From Octopus sinensis (Eukaryota), in the NCBI RefSeq assembly GCF_006345805.1, contig NC_043006.1, positions 82,150,001 through 82,214,000 of the forward strand: a stretch of 64,000 bases of DNA, given 5' to 3'. Below are positions 1 to 14,168 of the stretch, one piece after another. Below the pieces are notes generated by a model that did not search any database, was not told the origin of the DNA, and saw nothing but the letters and a program-made list of their open reading frames with translations. Position 1 is the first letter of the stretch; each line of letters starts with the position of its first letter. The position numbers and the translations under genes were made by a program.

Positions 1-712
1 AGTACAAATGTTTGGAAACTTAAGTGTTGATTGACTTTGAGCTGCTGTGACCATCAAGGTACAAAGCTAGGACAGCAAATGAAAAAAATTTCCTTCTGAA
101 TTGAATGCAGATAAATAAAAGGGTCATGGCCACTACAGAGCAAGACATGGTGATGAAGCACAGGTGATGATGAAGGTGGTGATCATGGTGGAGGTAACAA
201 TTGTGGTGGTTGGGGGTGGGAGGGTGGCAGGATATGCAGCAACAGGGGAGGTCACAGAAGCCTGTGATGTCATTCATTCCTATTTACACAGATTGACAGC
301 AGTGATGATAATAGTAGTGGAGATAATGGTAGTGGTGGTATTGGTGGTGGTGGTAGTGGTGGTGGTGGTAGTGGTGGTGGTGGTGGTGACAGCAGGAAAG
401 AGGGAGGCTAATGGTAGAGATGCTACTAGTTCTAGTTAGGATGATTGACAGCAATGATAGTGTTATCACTGGTGGTGGTGGTGGTGGCAATTTGTAGGTG
501 GTAGTGGTGGTGGTGGTGGTGGTGGTGGTGGTGGTGGTGGTGAAGGCAGCAACCCAACAGATTACAAGGGTCCCTGCTGGTAATGACAGAGCTGAGAATG
601 GTATGTATTTATGTATATACTGGTGGTGATTGTCATGTGATTGTGGTGGTTGTGTCAAGAGGAAAGGAGTTGGTATTATTACATTAGAATTCTTTTGTCT
701 CTCCCCACCCCC

Positions 713-748
<36 letters not shown>

Positions 749-2481
749 TTCACATACCACTCCTCATCTATGAAATATGGATGATTAGAATGAGTTATTA
801 ACAACAGTAAAGGAATATTTTCCTTCCAAAACATTGACCCATCTAACCCCTCTCTGGTCCCCCTATTTTCTTCCTCAACCAAAATATCTACAAAACATGC
901 CGATGGACCACCTCTTTATGATCAACCAATCTGCAAGATGGAAGTAACAGCCTGAATTCCCCCCTCAAATCACCATGCCCAAATGCCTTAAAGGATTCTT
1001 CCTGCTATAAGCGCAAGGGCTTGAAATTTGTGGGGGAGGGTTAATAAATCAATTAAATTGACCCCCAGTACTCAACTGGTACTTATTTTATTGACTCCAA
1101 AAGAATGAAAGCTAAAGTTGACCTTGATGGAATTTGAACTCAGAAAGTAAAGCCAAAATAAATACCATAAAACATTCTTTTATTTAAGATGGATCCTGAT
1201 ATGCAGACAGACAGGATGGTCATGGTTGGAATGTCTTTGATCATTAGCTCTGCTTTGATGTGGTGCGAAACATAAACCATAAGAACACTAATGAAAACAT
1301 AATCATAATGAATACCCAATGCCCAAATCACTAACAGTCATCATAATAATGTTTTTTCTATCTATTTATTACAAGGAAGGTTAATTGGAAAAAGTCAGAA
1401 AGCAAGAGAGAAGGGAGAAAGAGGAGGAGAGGGGAAGAGAGAGGGAAGAGAAAGGGAAGAGAGAAACAGGTGTTATTGTGTTTGCTGCCTATATGCATAT
1501 GTTGTGTGTGAGTTTTCTGTTATGTTTGATTCATAAATCAGCGATCTTTTGAACATCCTAAGTATTATCTCGGGGCCTTTTGGTAGTAAGAGAGATCACA
1601 CTTTTACTCTACTGGTTGTACATAACCTAACCTATCTACTGATTCTATCTGAAGTAAAGAACTACATAAATAGTAGCTTTACTTTGAACATGCACACCTA
1701 CAAAATCCATGTGTCTAAATTGCAGGTGTCTGTTGCGCAGGTGTTCTGCGTTATTTCATTAACTATGTAATTTTATTGCTGTATAATATATTACATATAA
1801 TATATTATGTAGAAAAGGAAGTTCACAACTTCATAGCTTCGCATGGTATGGGAGAAGAGGTGTCTGAGACATTTTGAAACTGACACTTTATCTTAGAAAA
1901 AAATAAATGTTTTTTGTCTGATAAAATTTACACACACACACACACACACACGAGGTGTTCAGGATAAATTTGACGATTTTCTTATGCTTCCTTTTATTTT
2001 CAGGAACAGCTTCATATACTGGTGAACAGTCAACAGCATTGGAAAGCATAAATGTTAGTCATAACTAAGAAAAGGTTAGCTAACATGGAGGACTGGAGGT
2101 CATCTAAATATTGGAAAAGAGTTAACTATAGCATGAAAATATACTGGATATGGTGAGTTCAGTGTATTTGCAACTTGAGAAAAAAAACAATCCACAAAGT
2201 ATTTTTGTCTCAGCACACTGCTTTGGTTTTTGCTGGTGTGACAATCTTTTGACATGTCAGAGAAAGATACCCACACACATACATATTTATATGTTGTTAT
2301 CTTACATGGAAACAGATTGTTAAAACGATTCTCTGCTGGGTGGTTGGTTAGGAAAGGCATCCAGCCCAAAAAAAAACTGTGTCAAAACAGACACAGAAGT
2401 CTGGTGCAAGTCTTCTGTCTGATCAGCTCCTGTCAAACCATCCAACACATGCCAGCATGGAAAGCAGATGTTAAATGATGA

Positions 2482-2527
<46 letters not shown>

Positions 2528-3056
2528 CATACACATGCATGCACACACACACACACAGAGAAAGACAACCAGTTTCATGTTAAGCTTCACTGATAAAGCA
2601 TTTGTATGTCAACCTGAAGCTATGGCAGAAAATACTTGCCTAAGGCACCAAGCTTTGGAATTGAACAAAGAACCACATGCAAAATGAGCTTAACCACAGA
2701 ATGATATCTCAACTTACTGTTAAGTAAATAAAAACAACAAAGGCTTTAAACAGTTCTTGACAGATGAGCAGGTGAAAAGAGAGACAGACAGACAGACATG
2801 GTGAATTGTACTGTAAGTTCTTTTATAAACCGGCATTAGATCATCTCGGATGAAAGGAAAATGCAATACAATTCATATGCTGCCTAAATGGAAGAATATA
2901 TAGTTTTGGATGAAATCCAGAAACCTAGGCTCAGCTTGTTTCATGTTAATGCTTAGTCACTATTTTAATCTGAATAATCCCAATTCTACCAAGGGAAAAA
3001 GAAATACCTCTGTTGTATAGTCCTGTTACAACAATTCAACTTTAACTAATTCACGT

Positions 3057-3119
3057 GAATTCCTCAATTGCTTCGTAGAATTCTTCAATTGCTTCGTAGA
3101 ATTCCTCAATTGCTTTGTA
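3057..3119. repeat. 3 x 21-bp tandem repeat
   Basis: GAATTCCTCAATTGCTTCGTA units. Confidence 0.9.
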
Positions 3120-3806
3120 TGATTTCCAGTCTGGATTTGAACATTTTAGTTGTCTTCTTTGTTAAATCTAGATTTAACTCATAAACTGAACAATTTACTT
3201 CAACAGAAATCAGCAGGAATTGGTATTAGCAAACCAAAAAGAGTATATATCAATCATCTTGTGAAAGACAATGGCTACCAAGTTGAAGATATGAAGACAG
3301 CTAGGAAAGATAAGAACATCCGGTGTAGAAGAGAGAGCAGCATTAGTCTGGACAAGTCACTCAACAAGATAATATTAACAAATATTTGTATCATGAAAAT
3401 ATGTAATATATAATATCCAATATTTTTTGATGAATCTTTTAGAGTTACTTCCAAGTGTTTCATCTTCATGTAGCAAAGTAGATTACAATAGGAAGTGAGT
3501 TTCATCCTTGATTGAGAGATCATACTTTTGGTATGTTTTGATTTTATAAGATCTTAGCAAAGCATAGTCTAACTGTTACTGCCACGTCATAATGACTACA
3601 GAGGGTGAATACTAATGACAGGGGTGTTTGCAGCATGCTAAATAATAGTTGGTAGTCATGCCCAGACTTGTGTCCAACTGATGTGGCTAGTTGTGATTCA
3701 CAATCAAATGCAAACAAACAAAAAAAAGGGATAAAAATTGTGTGATAATCGTTCATATTTTTTACTCTAAGAGTATTCAGTAAGCAATGTCAATTTAGTA
3801 AAAATG

Positions 3807-4135
3807 TCATCATCATCATCATCGTTTAACATCCGTTTTCCATGCTAGCATGGGTTGGACGGTTCAACCAGGGTCTGGGAAGCCAGGAGGCTGCACCAGG
3901 CTCCAGTCTGATCTGGCAGTGTTTCTACAGCTGGATCGACTTCCTAATGCCAACCACTCCATGAGTGTAGTGGGTGCTTTTTACGTGCCATCAGCACAAG
4001 TGCCGGGGGAAGCTGACAACAGCCACAATCGGTTGGTGCATTTTACGTACCACCAGCATGGAAGCCAGTCAAGGCGGCGCTGATATTGGCCACATTCAGA
4101 TGGTGCTTTTTACGTGCCACCAGTACAGATAGCCA
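3807..4135 (-). mobile_element. Family C element
   Basis: Same tail and internal repeats. Confidence 0.8.
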
Positions 4136-4363
4136 ACTACAATTTCCATTTGATTTTTATTTTATGTAGATGTACTTGACTCAATTTAATGAAATACTAA
4201 TTTAGTGAAAAGTTGATTGAGATATACATCAATTTAGTGAAGTGTCAGCCTAATGAAATGACAACTTGATGAATTGTCAATTCAGTAAAAATTTCAGTTT
4301 AATAAAAATATCAATTTAGCAAAATGTCATTATCATCCTTATCATTATCGTCATCATCTTTAA

Positions 4364-4589
4364 CCCTTTCAATATCAACCTGGCTGACTCTGCGTCTGGT
4401 TCTGTAGTAAAAATGTCTTGTTTTCATAAGTTTTTAATCAAAATCTTCCACCAAACTTTAGTCATAATTCATGTTCCTAACACTAGCTTAATGATAACTA
4501 AGTTATTTTACTAAATTCTTTGTTATATTTAAAATTAATTAAAAAAAAAAAACACAGAGCATCTCAAAATGAATACAGTAATGAAAGGG
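4364..4589. mobile_element. piggyBac-type MITE
   Basis: TTAA-CCCTTT ... AAAGGG-TTAA; an inverted related copy lies at ~10355-10616. Confidence 0.8.
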
Positions 4590-4934
4590 TTAAACATCTG
4601 TGTCTCATGCTGGCATGGTTTGACAGGATGAGTGGGGTTGGAGGACTGCATTGTACTCAAATGTTTTTTGACATGGTTTTTATAGCTGAGTGTCCTTCTT
4701 AGCACAAATCACTTTTGAGAGTGTACTGAGTGCATTTTCTATGGTACCAGCACTAGAGAGGCTGCTTAGTGGCTTGCAAGATTAGGATCCATTTCAGCTA
4801 AGTAGCACTACAGTAGTAAGGGAAGCAATTTTATGCTAGGTCAGTAGTTCTCAATCAGGATCTATACAAACCTTGGGATCCATATAAGATTTTGTGGTTA
4901 AAATTTATAAATAATAAAATAATATTTTGGTATA

Positions 4935-5350
4935 TAGGCACAGGAGTGGCTGTGTGGTAAGTGGCTTGCTTACAAACCATATGGTTCCGGGTTCATTCCC
5001 ACTGCATGGCACCTTGGGCAAGTGTTTTTTTTACTATAGCCTCGGGCCGACCAAAGCCTTGTGAGTGGATTTGATAGACAGAAACTGAAAGAAGCCTATT
5101 GTATATATGCATAAATATATGTATGTGTGTGTATATGTTTGTGTGTCTGTGTTTCTCCCCCCAACATCACTTGACAACTGATGCTGGTGTGTTTACATTC
5201 CCATAACTTAACGGTTCGGTAAAGAGACCGATAGAATAAGTACTAGGCTTCCAAAGAATAAGTCCTGGGGTCGATTTGCTTTCGACTAAAAGGCAGTGCT
5301 CCAGCATGGCCACAGTCAAATGACTGAAACAAGTAAAAGAGTAAAAGAGT
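4935..5350 (+). mobile_element. tRNA-derived CORE-like SINE (family A) with CR1-like tail
   Basis: tRNA-like head (GGCTGTGTGGTAAG; GGGTTCATTCCC), CCTTGGGCAAGT segment, internal (TA/TG) tract, tail CAGTCAAATGACTGAAAC then (AGTAAAAG)n. Confidence 0.85.
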
Positions 5351-6325
5351 AATACATTGTGGTTACTAATGTTAACTGAGAATTTAACTTTATTCAAAGG
5401 CACCATCATGTCTTGAAGGAATTGGTTAAATGTTTTTTGCAAACTGTTCCATTGCACTGAAACAACTGTGTTGACTTAAACTTTTATTGAAATTATTGAA
5501 TTTCTAAATACCATTATCAACTAACTTTTCAGATTTACAGGCATAATCAAATCACTAATTATATGCATGACACAAGCCAGCCAGCAAGCAAGCAAGCCAG
5601 TCAGCCAACCAACCATTAAATGCCACAATCTTATATTATAATGATATCGCCAGTAATCATCAGCAATCACCATAATCATCAGCAATCTTTATAACCATCA
5701 ATCAACAACCATCACCGTCATAATCATCACCACCATCATCATTTCTATTAGGCACAATTGCATAAGAGCTGGCCTATCCATGCTATTGTCAGAATGGGCA
5801 AAACTAAAACAAAAAAAAAACATTGCACTGCTAATATTGATGATGATGATGATGATGAGGAGGAGGAGGAGGAGGAGGGAGGGAGGGAGGCAGGTGAGGG
5901 GAAGGACAAAGAGGAGGAGGAAGAGGAGGGGCAGATGAGGAGGAGGAAAAGGGGGAGGCAGATGAGGAGGAGGAGGATAGTGCTTATGATACTGATATCA
6001 ATTATAATGATCATAATAATTGTAACATTGATTATTATGATAATGATTACGGGGAGTTGATGGTGGACTATCATAACAACAGTGACAATGATGATTAATG
6101 AGAAGATCTCAGTGATGATAATGATAATGATGTTAATTGCAATGATTGATGATGACGATGTTAATTACAATGATTATGGCATCGATGATGATGATAAAAT
6201 GATGACAGTGATTTGTTTGGCTATGTCTGCAAGTAAATGACATATACTCAACTATTGTTATAAATCAAGACAGACTTCTATTTCTTTTTCACCACTTAGC
6301 TAATTATTAATAAAAAATATATATA

Positions 6326-6365
<40 letters not shown>

Positions 6366-7441
6366 ACCAAGAAGAAAAAATTAGCCATTTTATAAAAATT
6401 ATAAAATACACACTGAAGACATTACACAGATATATATATAAAGGCTTTTCAATTAAAAACACCACCATATGTCACCAAATTATAATACCAACGATGATGA
6501 AGGCGGTAGTGAGTTCCAGCTCAGGATTGGGACTTCATAATAGAATCTAGTTAACTAAAAGGTTCTTAAGAATCAATCTAAGAAAATTTTAATTTCCGTT
6601 TTACATTACGCAAAAGATGAAAGCAAGATGTGACATGCATAACTTTCGTTGGAATGGAGCTTATACATGATTGTTCATGACTTGACCCACTACAAATAGC
6701 AGCAAAATCTTCCTTAAATCATAGCATCTTATCATCTTAAAAAAAAAATGAAAAGATGAAGAAAGAAAAAAGACGTTAAACCATGAGGTCCAACAGACCT
6801 GCATAGAATGAGTAAATAAAAGCAGGAATGGTCACAGCGGGAATGCTTTTATTCATAAGTCCACTGGAACAGGACTGACCTGTGGCTAAAACCAGCAGCA
6901 GTTAGCTTGCAACCTTAATTAATAATTTATCACCAGTAAGAGAGTACCCTGCTATGAGACAATTTTATAAAGATTTTTTTCAAGGTAAGGCAACAAATGT
7001 TAAGGGTGTTAGTCATGTTCAACTTAGATCTGTCGCTGCTCACTTCAGTAATGAACTACAGAAGGAAAATTTATTTATTTGCTTATTAATAGGGAAACTC
7101 AAGTATAGGATTAACTAATGATAATTTTTTTCATTCTAGTGCCATTATCGGCATGCCTTTAGAATTATTGTTTACGTGGTTTGAGTTTAACTGCCCTTTT
7201 TAGCATGTAAGAAGTCCTGTCCAAAGGTCTTCTCTCTGTGTATAAATCTTTATACACTCTTATTTTGAAAATATGTTTACTTATGACTTTTATTACGCAT
7301 GCAAACCACTGGAAATAAATTATTTTAATTTTTTACCTTTATAATTTATACATACATATATACATACATATACATATATATATATATACATTCATATACA
7401 TATATACATACATATATATATATACATACATACACATACAT

Positions 7442-7528
<87 letters not shown>

Positions 7529-8222
7529 AATTATATTTTTTCTTATAGTTGTGGGCAAATCAAGGAATGAAAGGCAAATATTTATCTTTTCTAAGAATGT
7601 AAACTGCTTTTTTTCCTGCAGATGTATGAAGCCAAAATGAAAATAATAAAGAAGAAAAAAAAAAGACAGGCCTTAGACTCTGTATACAAAGAAAACTGTA
7701 AGCAAATATGGACACATCTGATATATTCACAGAGACTAGAAAGAAGTATTATGATTACTCTGACAATGGATTCATGCATCAGGAGAAACTATTATAATAG
7801 AGTTCATATGGGTTTCAATATGGATAAAAAAATTAAATAAAAAATTCTTTTTTAAAGTAATACAAAAATAAATAGAATTTCTCTCTGGAGTCAAAGACTT
7901 CAAATTTAAGTTACTCTTAATGCCAGCCTACCAACATTTCAATGTTTGTATGTGCATACTCTCATGCAAGCGTGCAACCAGAAATTAAATTTTGAATAGC
8001 AGAATAAAAATAATTCCAGATGTCACTTTTATTAACTTTAATACCAGGATAACAACAACAAGAAAAATATTTATTTTGCTTTTGCTTTTTATTACCTGCA
8101 AATGCAAGAAAGTAAAGTAAAAAATAAAACTTTATAAACAAGTACAAGGATTGCATGTTGGTTGCAGTGATTACATAAATAAATCTATGTTTTTTTTAAT
8201 CATAAAAAAACATAAGATATAT

Positions 8223-8639
8223 ACAGGCACAGGCATGGTTATGTGGTAAGAAGCTTGCTTCTTAACCAACATAGTTCTTGGTTCAGTCCCACTGTGTGAC
8301 ACCTTGGGCAAGTGTCTTCTACTATAAACCAACAATGCCTTATGAATGGATTTGGCAGACAAGAAACTGAAAGAAGCCTGTTGTATATAAGTATATATCA
8401 AAGTATGTGTGCTTCTGTGTTTGTATTTGTCCCTCCCGCTGCTTGACAACTAGTGTTGATGTGTTTGCTTCCCCATAACTTAGCAGTTCAGCAAAAGGAG
8501 CCCAATAGAATAAGTAATAGGCTTCAAAAAAATAAGATCCTAGGGTCGATCTGTTTGGCTAAAACCTTTCAAGGCAGTGCCCCAACATGGCCACAGTTAA
8601 ATGAATGAAACAAGTAAAAGATAAATAAAAGATAAAAGA
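8223..8639 (+). mobile_element. SINE family A
   Basis: Colinear with 4935-5350. Confidence 0.85.
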
Positions 8640-8641
8640 CA

Positions 8642-8673
<32 letters not shown>

Positions 8674-8674
<1 letters not shown>

Positions 8675-8890
8675 TTTATTTAAAAGCAGCAGAATTTTAA
8701 CATAACCTGTTACTCGGAGTTTCACGTTCCCGTTCATCAAACAGTTTTTGTTAAAAAAAAAAAACTGTCCGACAAAGGGGAATGTGAAACTCCGAGTAAC
8801 AGGTTTTGTTGAATTTCTGCTGCTTTTAAATAAAGCATATTACTCTACCCCTGGTATTTGAGTACTCTTTTTTCCACCTTGTTTCACATT
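8674..8890. mobile_element. Palindromic PLE-like element with two degenerate hammerhead motifs
   Basis: ~70-bp inverted arms (8674-8748 and 8761-8835) between (TA)n runs. Minus 8744-8707: CTGT-TTGATGA-ACG[GGAA]CGT-GAAAC-TCCGA-GTA-ACAG. Plus 8765-8802: CTGT-CCGACAA-...-GAAAC-TCCGA-GTA-ACAG. Confidence 0.6.
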
Positions 8891-10354
8891 TATGTGTTTA
8901 CTCCGGTATATATATATATATATATATATATATGCATTCCAAATGACTGTAAAAATACTAAGAATCATCATCATCATCATGTAAATATCAACTTTTCTAT
9001 GCTTGCATGGGTCAGACAGAATATGATGAGGCAGATTACTACATATGCCAAGCAAACCTACCTTTCACTACACACTGTAACATTACAACCCTTTCCATCA
9101 CTCAAATATCAGAATGCTGCAATCGTCACACACCCTGGATCCACATTCTTAAGGAAAAATTAACATGTTTTGCTTCTTCTCCAACACTTCTTTTAGTTCA
9201 CTAAACACTTTGACCTTCAACTCCCCCTCTCATCTTCTTTCTTCCCTTCATTACACTCTTGACTTTGTTTACTTCTTTTCTTCCTTCCATTTGTCTCACA
9301 CTGTTTCTCCCTTACACCAATTCCAGTTCAAATATGAAACTCCTATGACCTTGCATTCTTTATCAGTTGCAGCCGGTGCTTTTAATTTAAAGAATGTAAA
9401 ACTCTCTTGTCTGTCATTAATTTTTTTTCCTATCAACTTTTTCCTGAAGAAGGATGCTGTCCAAAACATTTGATTTTCCACTCCCCACAGCAAGTTCACT
9501 ATGTTTTTTTTTGTTTTTTTTTATCAATTTCACTAAGTAATACAAGTCTTGTTCACACAGACCAAACCTAGTCTCTTTGGAGTCTGACTACCTACCCATA
9601 CCCACCCACCCCACACACACATAATTTAAAATCCTGGTATGGTATAAGGATAGGGAATTTCCAATGTAAGAGTGCACCTTTAATGCAAGTCTTATGCAGT
9701 GCCACTCTAATATTTAAAACAACAAATATTAGGTAAATTTTTCACTTCAAATTTCAGCATAAACTGGCATCATGAGTACTCAGCACAGAAACAATTGTAA
9801 CTGCTCATTAAAGGTGTGTTAAAGTATTTGTCTTAATATTTAGATTTTACGCATATATATGTGTGTGTGTTTGTGTAGGACAAATCTATATAGATTTATA
9901 TAAAACATTACCTCATGTTTCTTGTTTTATGGTTTTTTTAAGGTTTCTTCTTTTCTTTAACTTTGAAAGACAGTCCAGTGGCACCAAATCAAAAAATCAT
10001 GAGTACACACATACAACAAGCTTGTTTGAATTCAAGAACTAATGAAGGTCTCATGCTTTCTCTCATACAAACTATTTATGATTAAATATTTAAATTTATA
10101 TATTTTCCTATATTATTATTTAAAAGAAATGACTTGAAAGAAATAGATTAGTGAACAAAAGACATTGTCTGATTTATTTATATATCAATTTAAGTTTCTT
10201 TAAGTTTTGTTTTCAAAACCTTCAGTGTCAACTGTGGTTTTCATAAATTCTAGGTCAAAATTACAATTCGTAAATATACCTGAGTCAACAATATCACAAG
10301 CAACAAAAAGTCTGCCATTTTTGTTAATCAAAATAATCCCAAATTTTAAATGTT

Positions 10355-10616
10355 TTAACAGTCTACTTTTGTACCGAGTATGGGCTGTAAATATGGAATT
10401 TCATTACCATATTTATTTTGAGATGCTCTGTGTTTCTCTCAATTAATTTTAAATATAACAAAGAATTTAGTAAAAGAACTTAGTTATCATTAAGCTAGTG
10501 TTAGGAACATAAATTGTGACTAAGGTTTGGTGGAAGATTTTAATGCAGATTTTTGAAAATAAGACATTTGTACTACAGAGCCAGAGGCAGTTTCAGGCAG
10601 ATTAGTATCAAAAGGG
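10355..10616. mobile_element. piggyBac-type MITE (same family as 4364, opposite orientation)
   Basis: Internal sequence is the reverse complement of 4364-4589; ends AAAGGG-TTAA; left TIR decayed. Confidence 0.7.
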
Positions 10617-11091
10617 TTAACTACTGACTAGGATCCTGTAAATAGTTAACTATCTGTCAGTCTATCGATCTGTCTACAGACAGACAGACAGATCAAGCAG
10701 CTGAACAACAACATAACTACATATTTTGTAATCCCCTATGTCCTGAAGATGACATACCTAAATATACACACCCCCGTTTCCAAAGTTCTATATGCATGGA
10801 AAGATTCTAAACAAAAGCACATTCCCATAATTAATCAACAAAAATTCTCCATAACACCCTGCCATCACAGCCCACCATACAACCTAACTATCATTCAGCT
10901 CTCTAGAAAATTTTAACTTAACAGAGACCATATAATGCCAAGATGAACACAAATGCACCATAGTCTGGTGATGGGTTAGCTGGCTGAAAATTCAAAGTCA
11001 CTGTCAATACTATACTTCTTGAAAAATAATAAAACTGTGCTCTACCAAATGTAATGGGAAATCCCTCAATATAATGTAAAATGATTGTTAT

Positions 11092-11505
11092 TCTTTTATT
11101 CTTTTACTAGTTTCAGTCATTTGACTGTGACCATGTTGGAGCACCACCTTTAGTCGAACAAATTGATCCCAGGACTTATTCTTTGTAAGCCTAGTACTTA
11201 TTCTATCGGTCTCTTTGCCGAACCGCTAAGTTACGGGGATGTAAACACACCACCATCGGTTGTCAAACAATGTTGGGGGGACAAACAGACACACAAACAT
11301 ATACACGCACACACATACATATATGCATATATATATATATATGCATATATATATATATACACACATGTACAACGGGCTTCTTTCAGTTTCCACTCACAAG
11401 ACTTTGGTCGGCCCGAGGCTATAGTAGAAGACACTTGCCCAAGGTGCCACACAGTGGGACTGAACCCGGAACCATGTGGTTTGCAAGCAAGCTACTTACC
11501 ACACA
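11092..11505 (-). mobile_element. SINE family A
   Basis: Reverse complement of family A. Confidence 0.85.
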
Positions 11506-12689
11506 TCCACAACAAAAAAAACAAATATTGATGTGTGTGTGTGTGAGAGAGAGAGGGGGGTTTACATATTTAGGTAGATAGTGAGAGAGAGATGAACGGA
11601 TGGATGGACAGACAGGTGGTTGAATGGAAACGGTTGTCATAAAATAATTCCTTCTCTCTATTTGATATACTGATGGTTTCTAGGGTGTTTTTTATTGCTA
11701 TGAGCTATACATTTTCCACAATCTTCTAACCTGTCAGAACCTGTCAAAGTATCCAGCTGATTCCAGATTAGAAGACAGATGTTAAAAGAAGATAATTTAT
11801 ATAAATATATATGTGCAAGGAAACTTCTTAACTGCTGTATGCAAACACACAGATACATATACATATACATTTCACACATAATATATACCTACCAATAGGG
11901 ATATAAATACATATATACACACTGGTAAGTTTTATATGTGTGAAGCCAATGGTGATTTTATTGAAAAAATTTATTCTCTAGTATTTCAAGACATTTTAAT
12001 GTAATTTTGGTAAATATAGCTGTTAAAATGAGATGTCAGTGTTGTTTTCATTTTTGTGTACTTTAGACTACAATTTATTCACCGCAACCTATACACATAC
12101 AATACACACACACACACACACATCCATCAACACATAGATAGATGTGTGTGTGTGTGTGTGTGTACATACATATTGCAACAGTTCTGCAGTTTCTATAATT
12201 AAATTTACACGTGGTTTCTACAGATAGATTATATTTACAACTACACTATTCAATTTAGTAGCAATTATAAAGCCTTAATGAATGAATAATACTGTGATCA
12301 CATGAGACATCAACTCGTTCAAATGGACAATGAATGATCACAAGATGAAAAAAAATATATGGTCTCTATGAGGATATACAGAAACTGACAAAGACTGTAC
12401 TTAACTCAAGATTTGAGAGTATTAAAATAAACACCAACATTTGAGTGAATCTCTCATTTGGTAATAAAATGTATTTCTAGTGTTTAACTGAGCAAATAGA
12501 TTTATTTGGAAATAGCCAAATTGTTAAAGCATATTTGCTCCATAGAATTTAGAAAATATTTTTTCTTCAAGAAAGGCACAAGTATAGATGTGTGGTTAAG
12601 AAGTTTCCTCCCCAACTATATGGCTTTTGATTCTGTCCTCTGGTGTGGCACCTTGGGGCGGGGGGAGGTCTTCTGACTGGCAGTCCATT

Positions 12690-12968
12690 ATTTATGATGA
12701 CAAGGGTTCCAATTGGTTCGATCAATGGTTGTTAAACACTCCACAAACATGTGGACCCTTAACGTAGTTCTCAGGGAGATTCAGTATGACACAGAGTGTG
12801 ACAAGGCTGGCCCTTTAAAATACAGGTACTACCCATTTTTGCCAGTTGAGTGAACTGGAGTAATGTGAAATAAAGTGTCTTGATCAAGGACACAACACAC
12901 CACTTGGAATTGAAATCACGACCTTATGACTGTGAGCCAAATACCTAACCACTGAACCATGCACCTTC
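12690..12968 (-). mobile_element. tRNA SINE sharing the family D 3' half but with a different (CORE-like) 5' half
   Basis: CCTTAACGTAGTTCTC...GACACAGAG.GTGACAAGGC is shared with D; the 5' half has CCTTGATCAAGACACTTT. Confidence 0.7.
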
Positions 12969-13384
12969 AATATACTTCTATCATATCCACAAGCTACTTA
13001 AAGCTTGGTAAGATGGATCTATAAGAATGGTAGTTGGAAACTGAAAGAAGCCTATTGTGTGGGTATATATATATAGATAAAATTTACTTGAAAAAGGATG
13101 CGTGGCGTTTGATCATATAATAATATACATAATATATAAATATGTGCATATATACATACATATACATACCTACATATATATTTATATATACATGCATATA
13201 TGGGTACAGGACATCAAAAAAACGTTGAACACAATGAGAAACAAAAACATAAAAACAAAAACATAGAAAACGAACTTTTACAAAAAAAACAGAGATACGA
13301 GACATGCAACATAAAGAATATTCCCCTTCACCAGTTGTCCCTGTTTCATCTACTCCACGTTTCAAAGGTAAGGACAGTATGCAT

Positions 13385-13590
13385 TTTTTACTCAAGGGAT
13401 GAAATTTTGGGGGAGGGGCCCAGTGGATTAGATTGATCCAAGTATGCAACTGATATGTAATGTATCAACCCTGAAAGGATGAAAAGCAAAGTTGACTTCA
13501 GCAGAATTTGAACTCAGAAAATATAGACAGACGAAATACCGCTAAGCATTTCGCCCAGCATGCTAACATTTCTGCCAGCTTGGCACCTTT
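13385..13590 (-). mobile_element. SINE family B
   Basis: Reverse-complement head, body and tail. Confidence 0.75.
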
Positions 13591-13743
13591 ATATATATAT
13601 ATATATATTTGTGTATGTATAAATATATATATATATATAGATATATATATATATATATATATAGATATGTATGTGTGTGTGTGTATATATATATAATATA
13701 TATATATGAGTGTGTGTGTATATATTATATATATATAATATAT

Positions 13744-13798
<55 letters not shown>

Positions 13799-14127
13799 TA
13801 TGTATGTGTGTATATATATATATATATGTATGTATGTGTGTGTGTGTATGCATACATGTTCACACATATGTGCATGTGCATGGTGGGGTGGGGGTTGGGG
13901 GCTGTGCCTTGTTATCTTGACACTGCATAATAGTTGCTAATGGGTGTCACTATCAGACAAGCAGTCACGTTTGTTTCCAATTTTCCTTGAAAACATGATC
14001 ATGGAGAAATATTATCTTCTTAGTAAAACATGTGAGGGTTGGCGACAAAAAAGGACATCTGGTCATAGAAAATCTACCTAAACAAATTCCATCCGACCCC
14101 TGGAAGCAAGGGAAAAATGAGGTTAAA

Positions 14128-14168
<41 letters not shown>

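Noticed and set aside
2100-2185. Minus-strand ...ANTLN... after an acceptor, as a candidate ACER3 exon 2
   Set aside because: No W-N-T start, no downstream similarity, and an in-frame stop before any donor.
3960-4130. Repeat-spacer-like pattern (GGTGCTTTTTACGTGCCACC every ~60 bp) resembling a CRISPR array
   Set aside because: The spacers are homologous to one another, the pattern lies inside a multi-copy eukaryotic retroelement, and there are no cas genes.
10756-10810. Minus-strand 49-nt segment with good AG/GT signals as a candidate ACER3 exon
   Set aside because: No reading frame resembles any ceramidase segment.
13320-13372. Minus-strand GAAAC...GTA...CTGGTGA hammerhead-like arrangement
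   Set aside because: The core is CTGGTGA and stem I does not pair; insufficient support without a family consensus.
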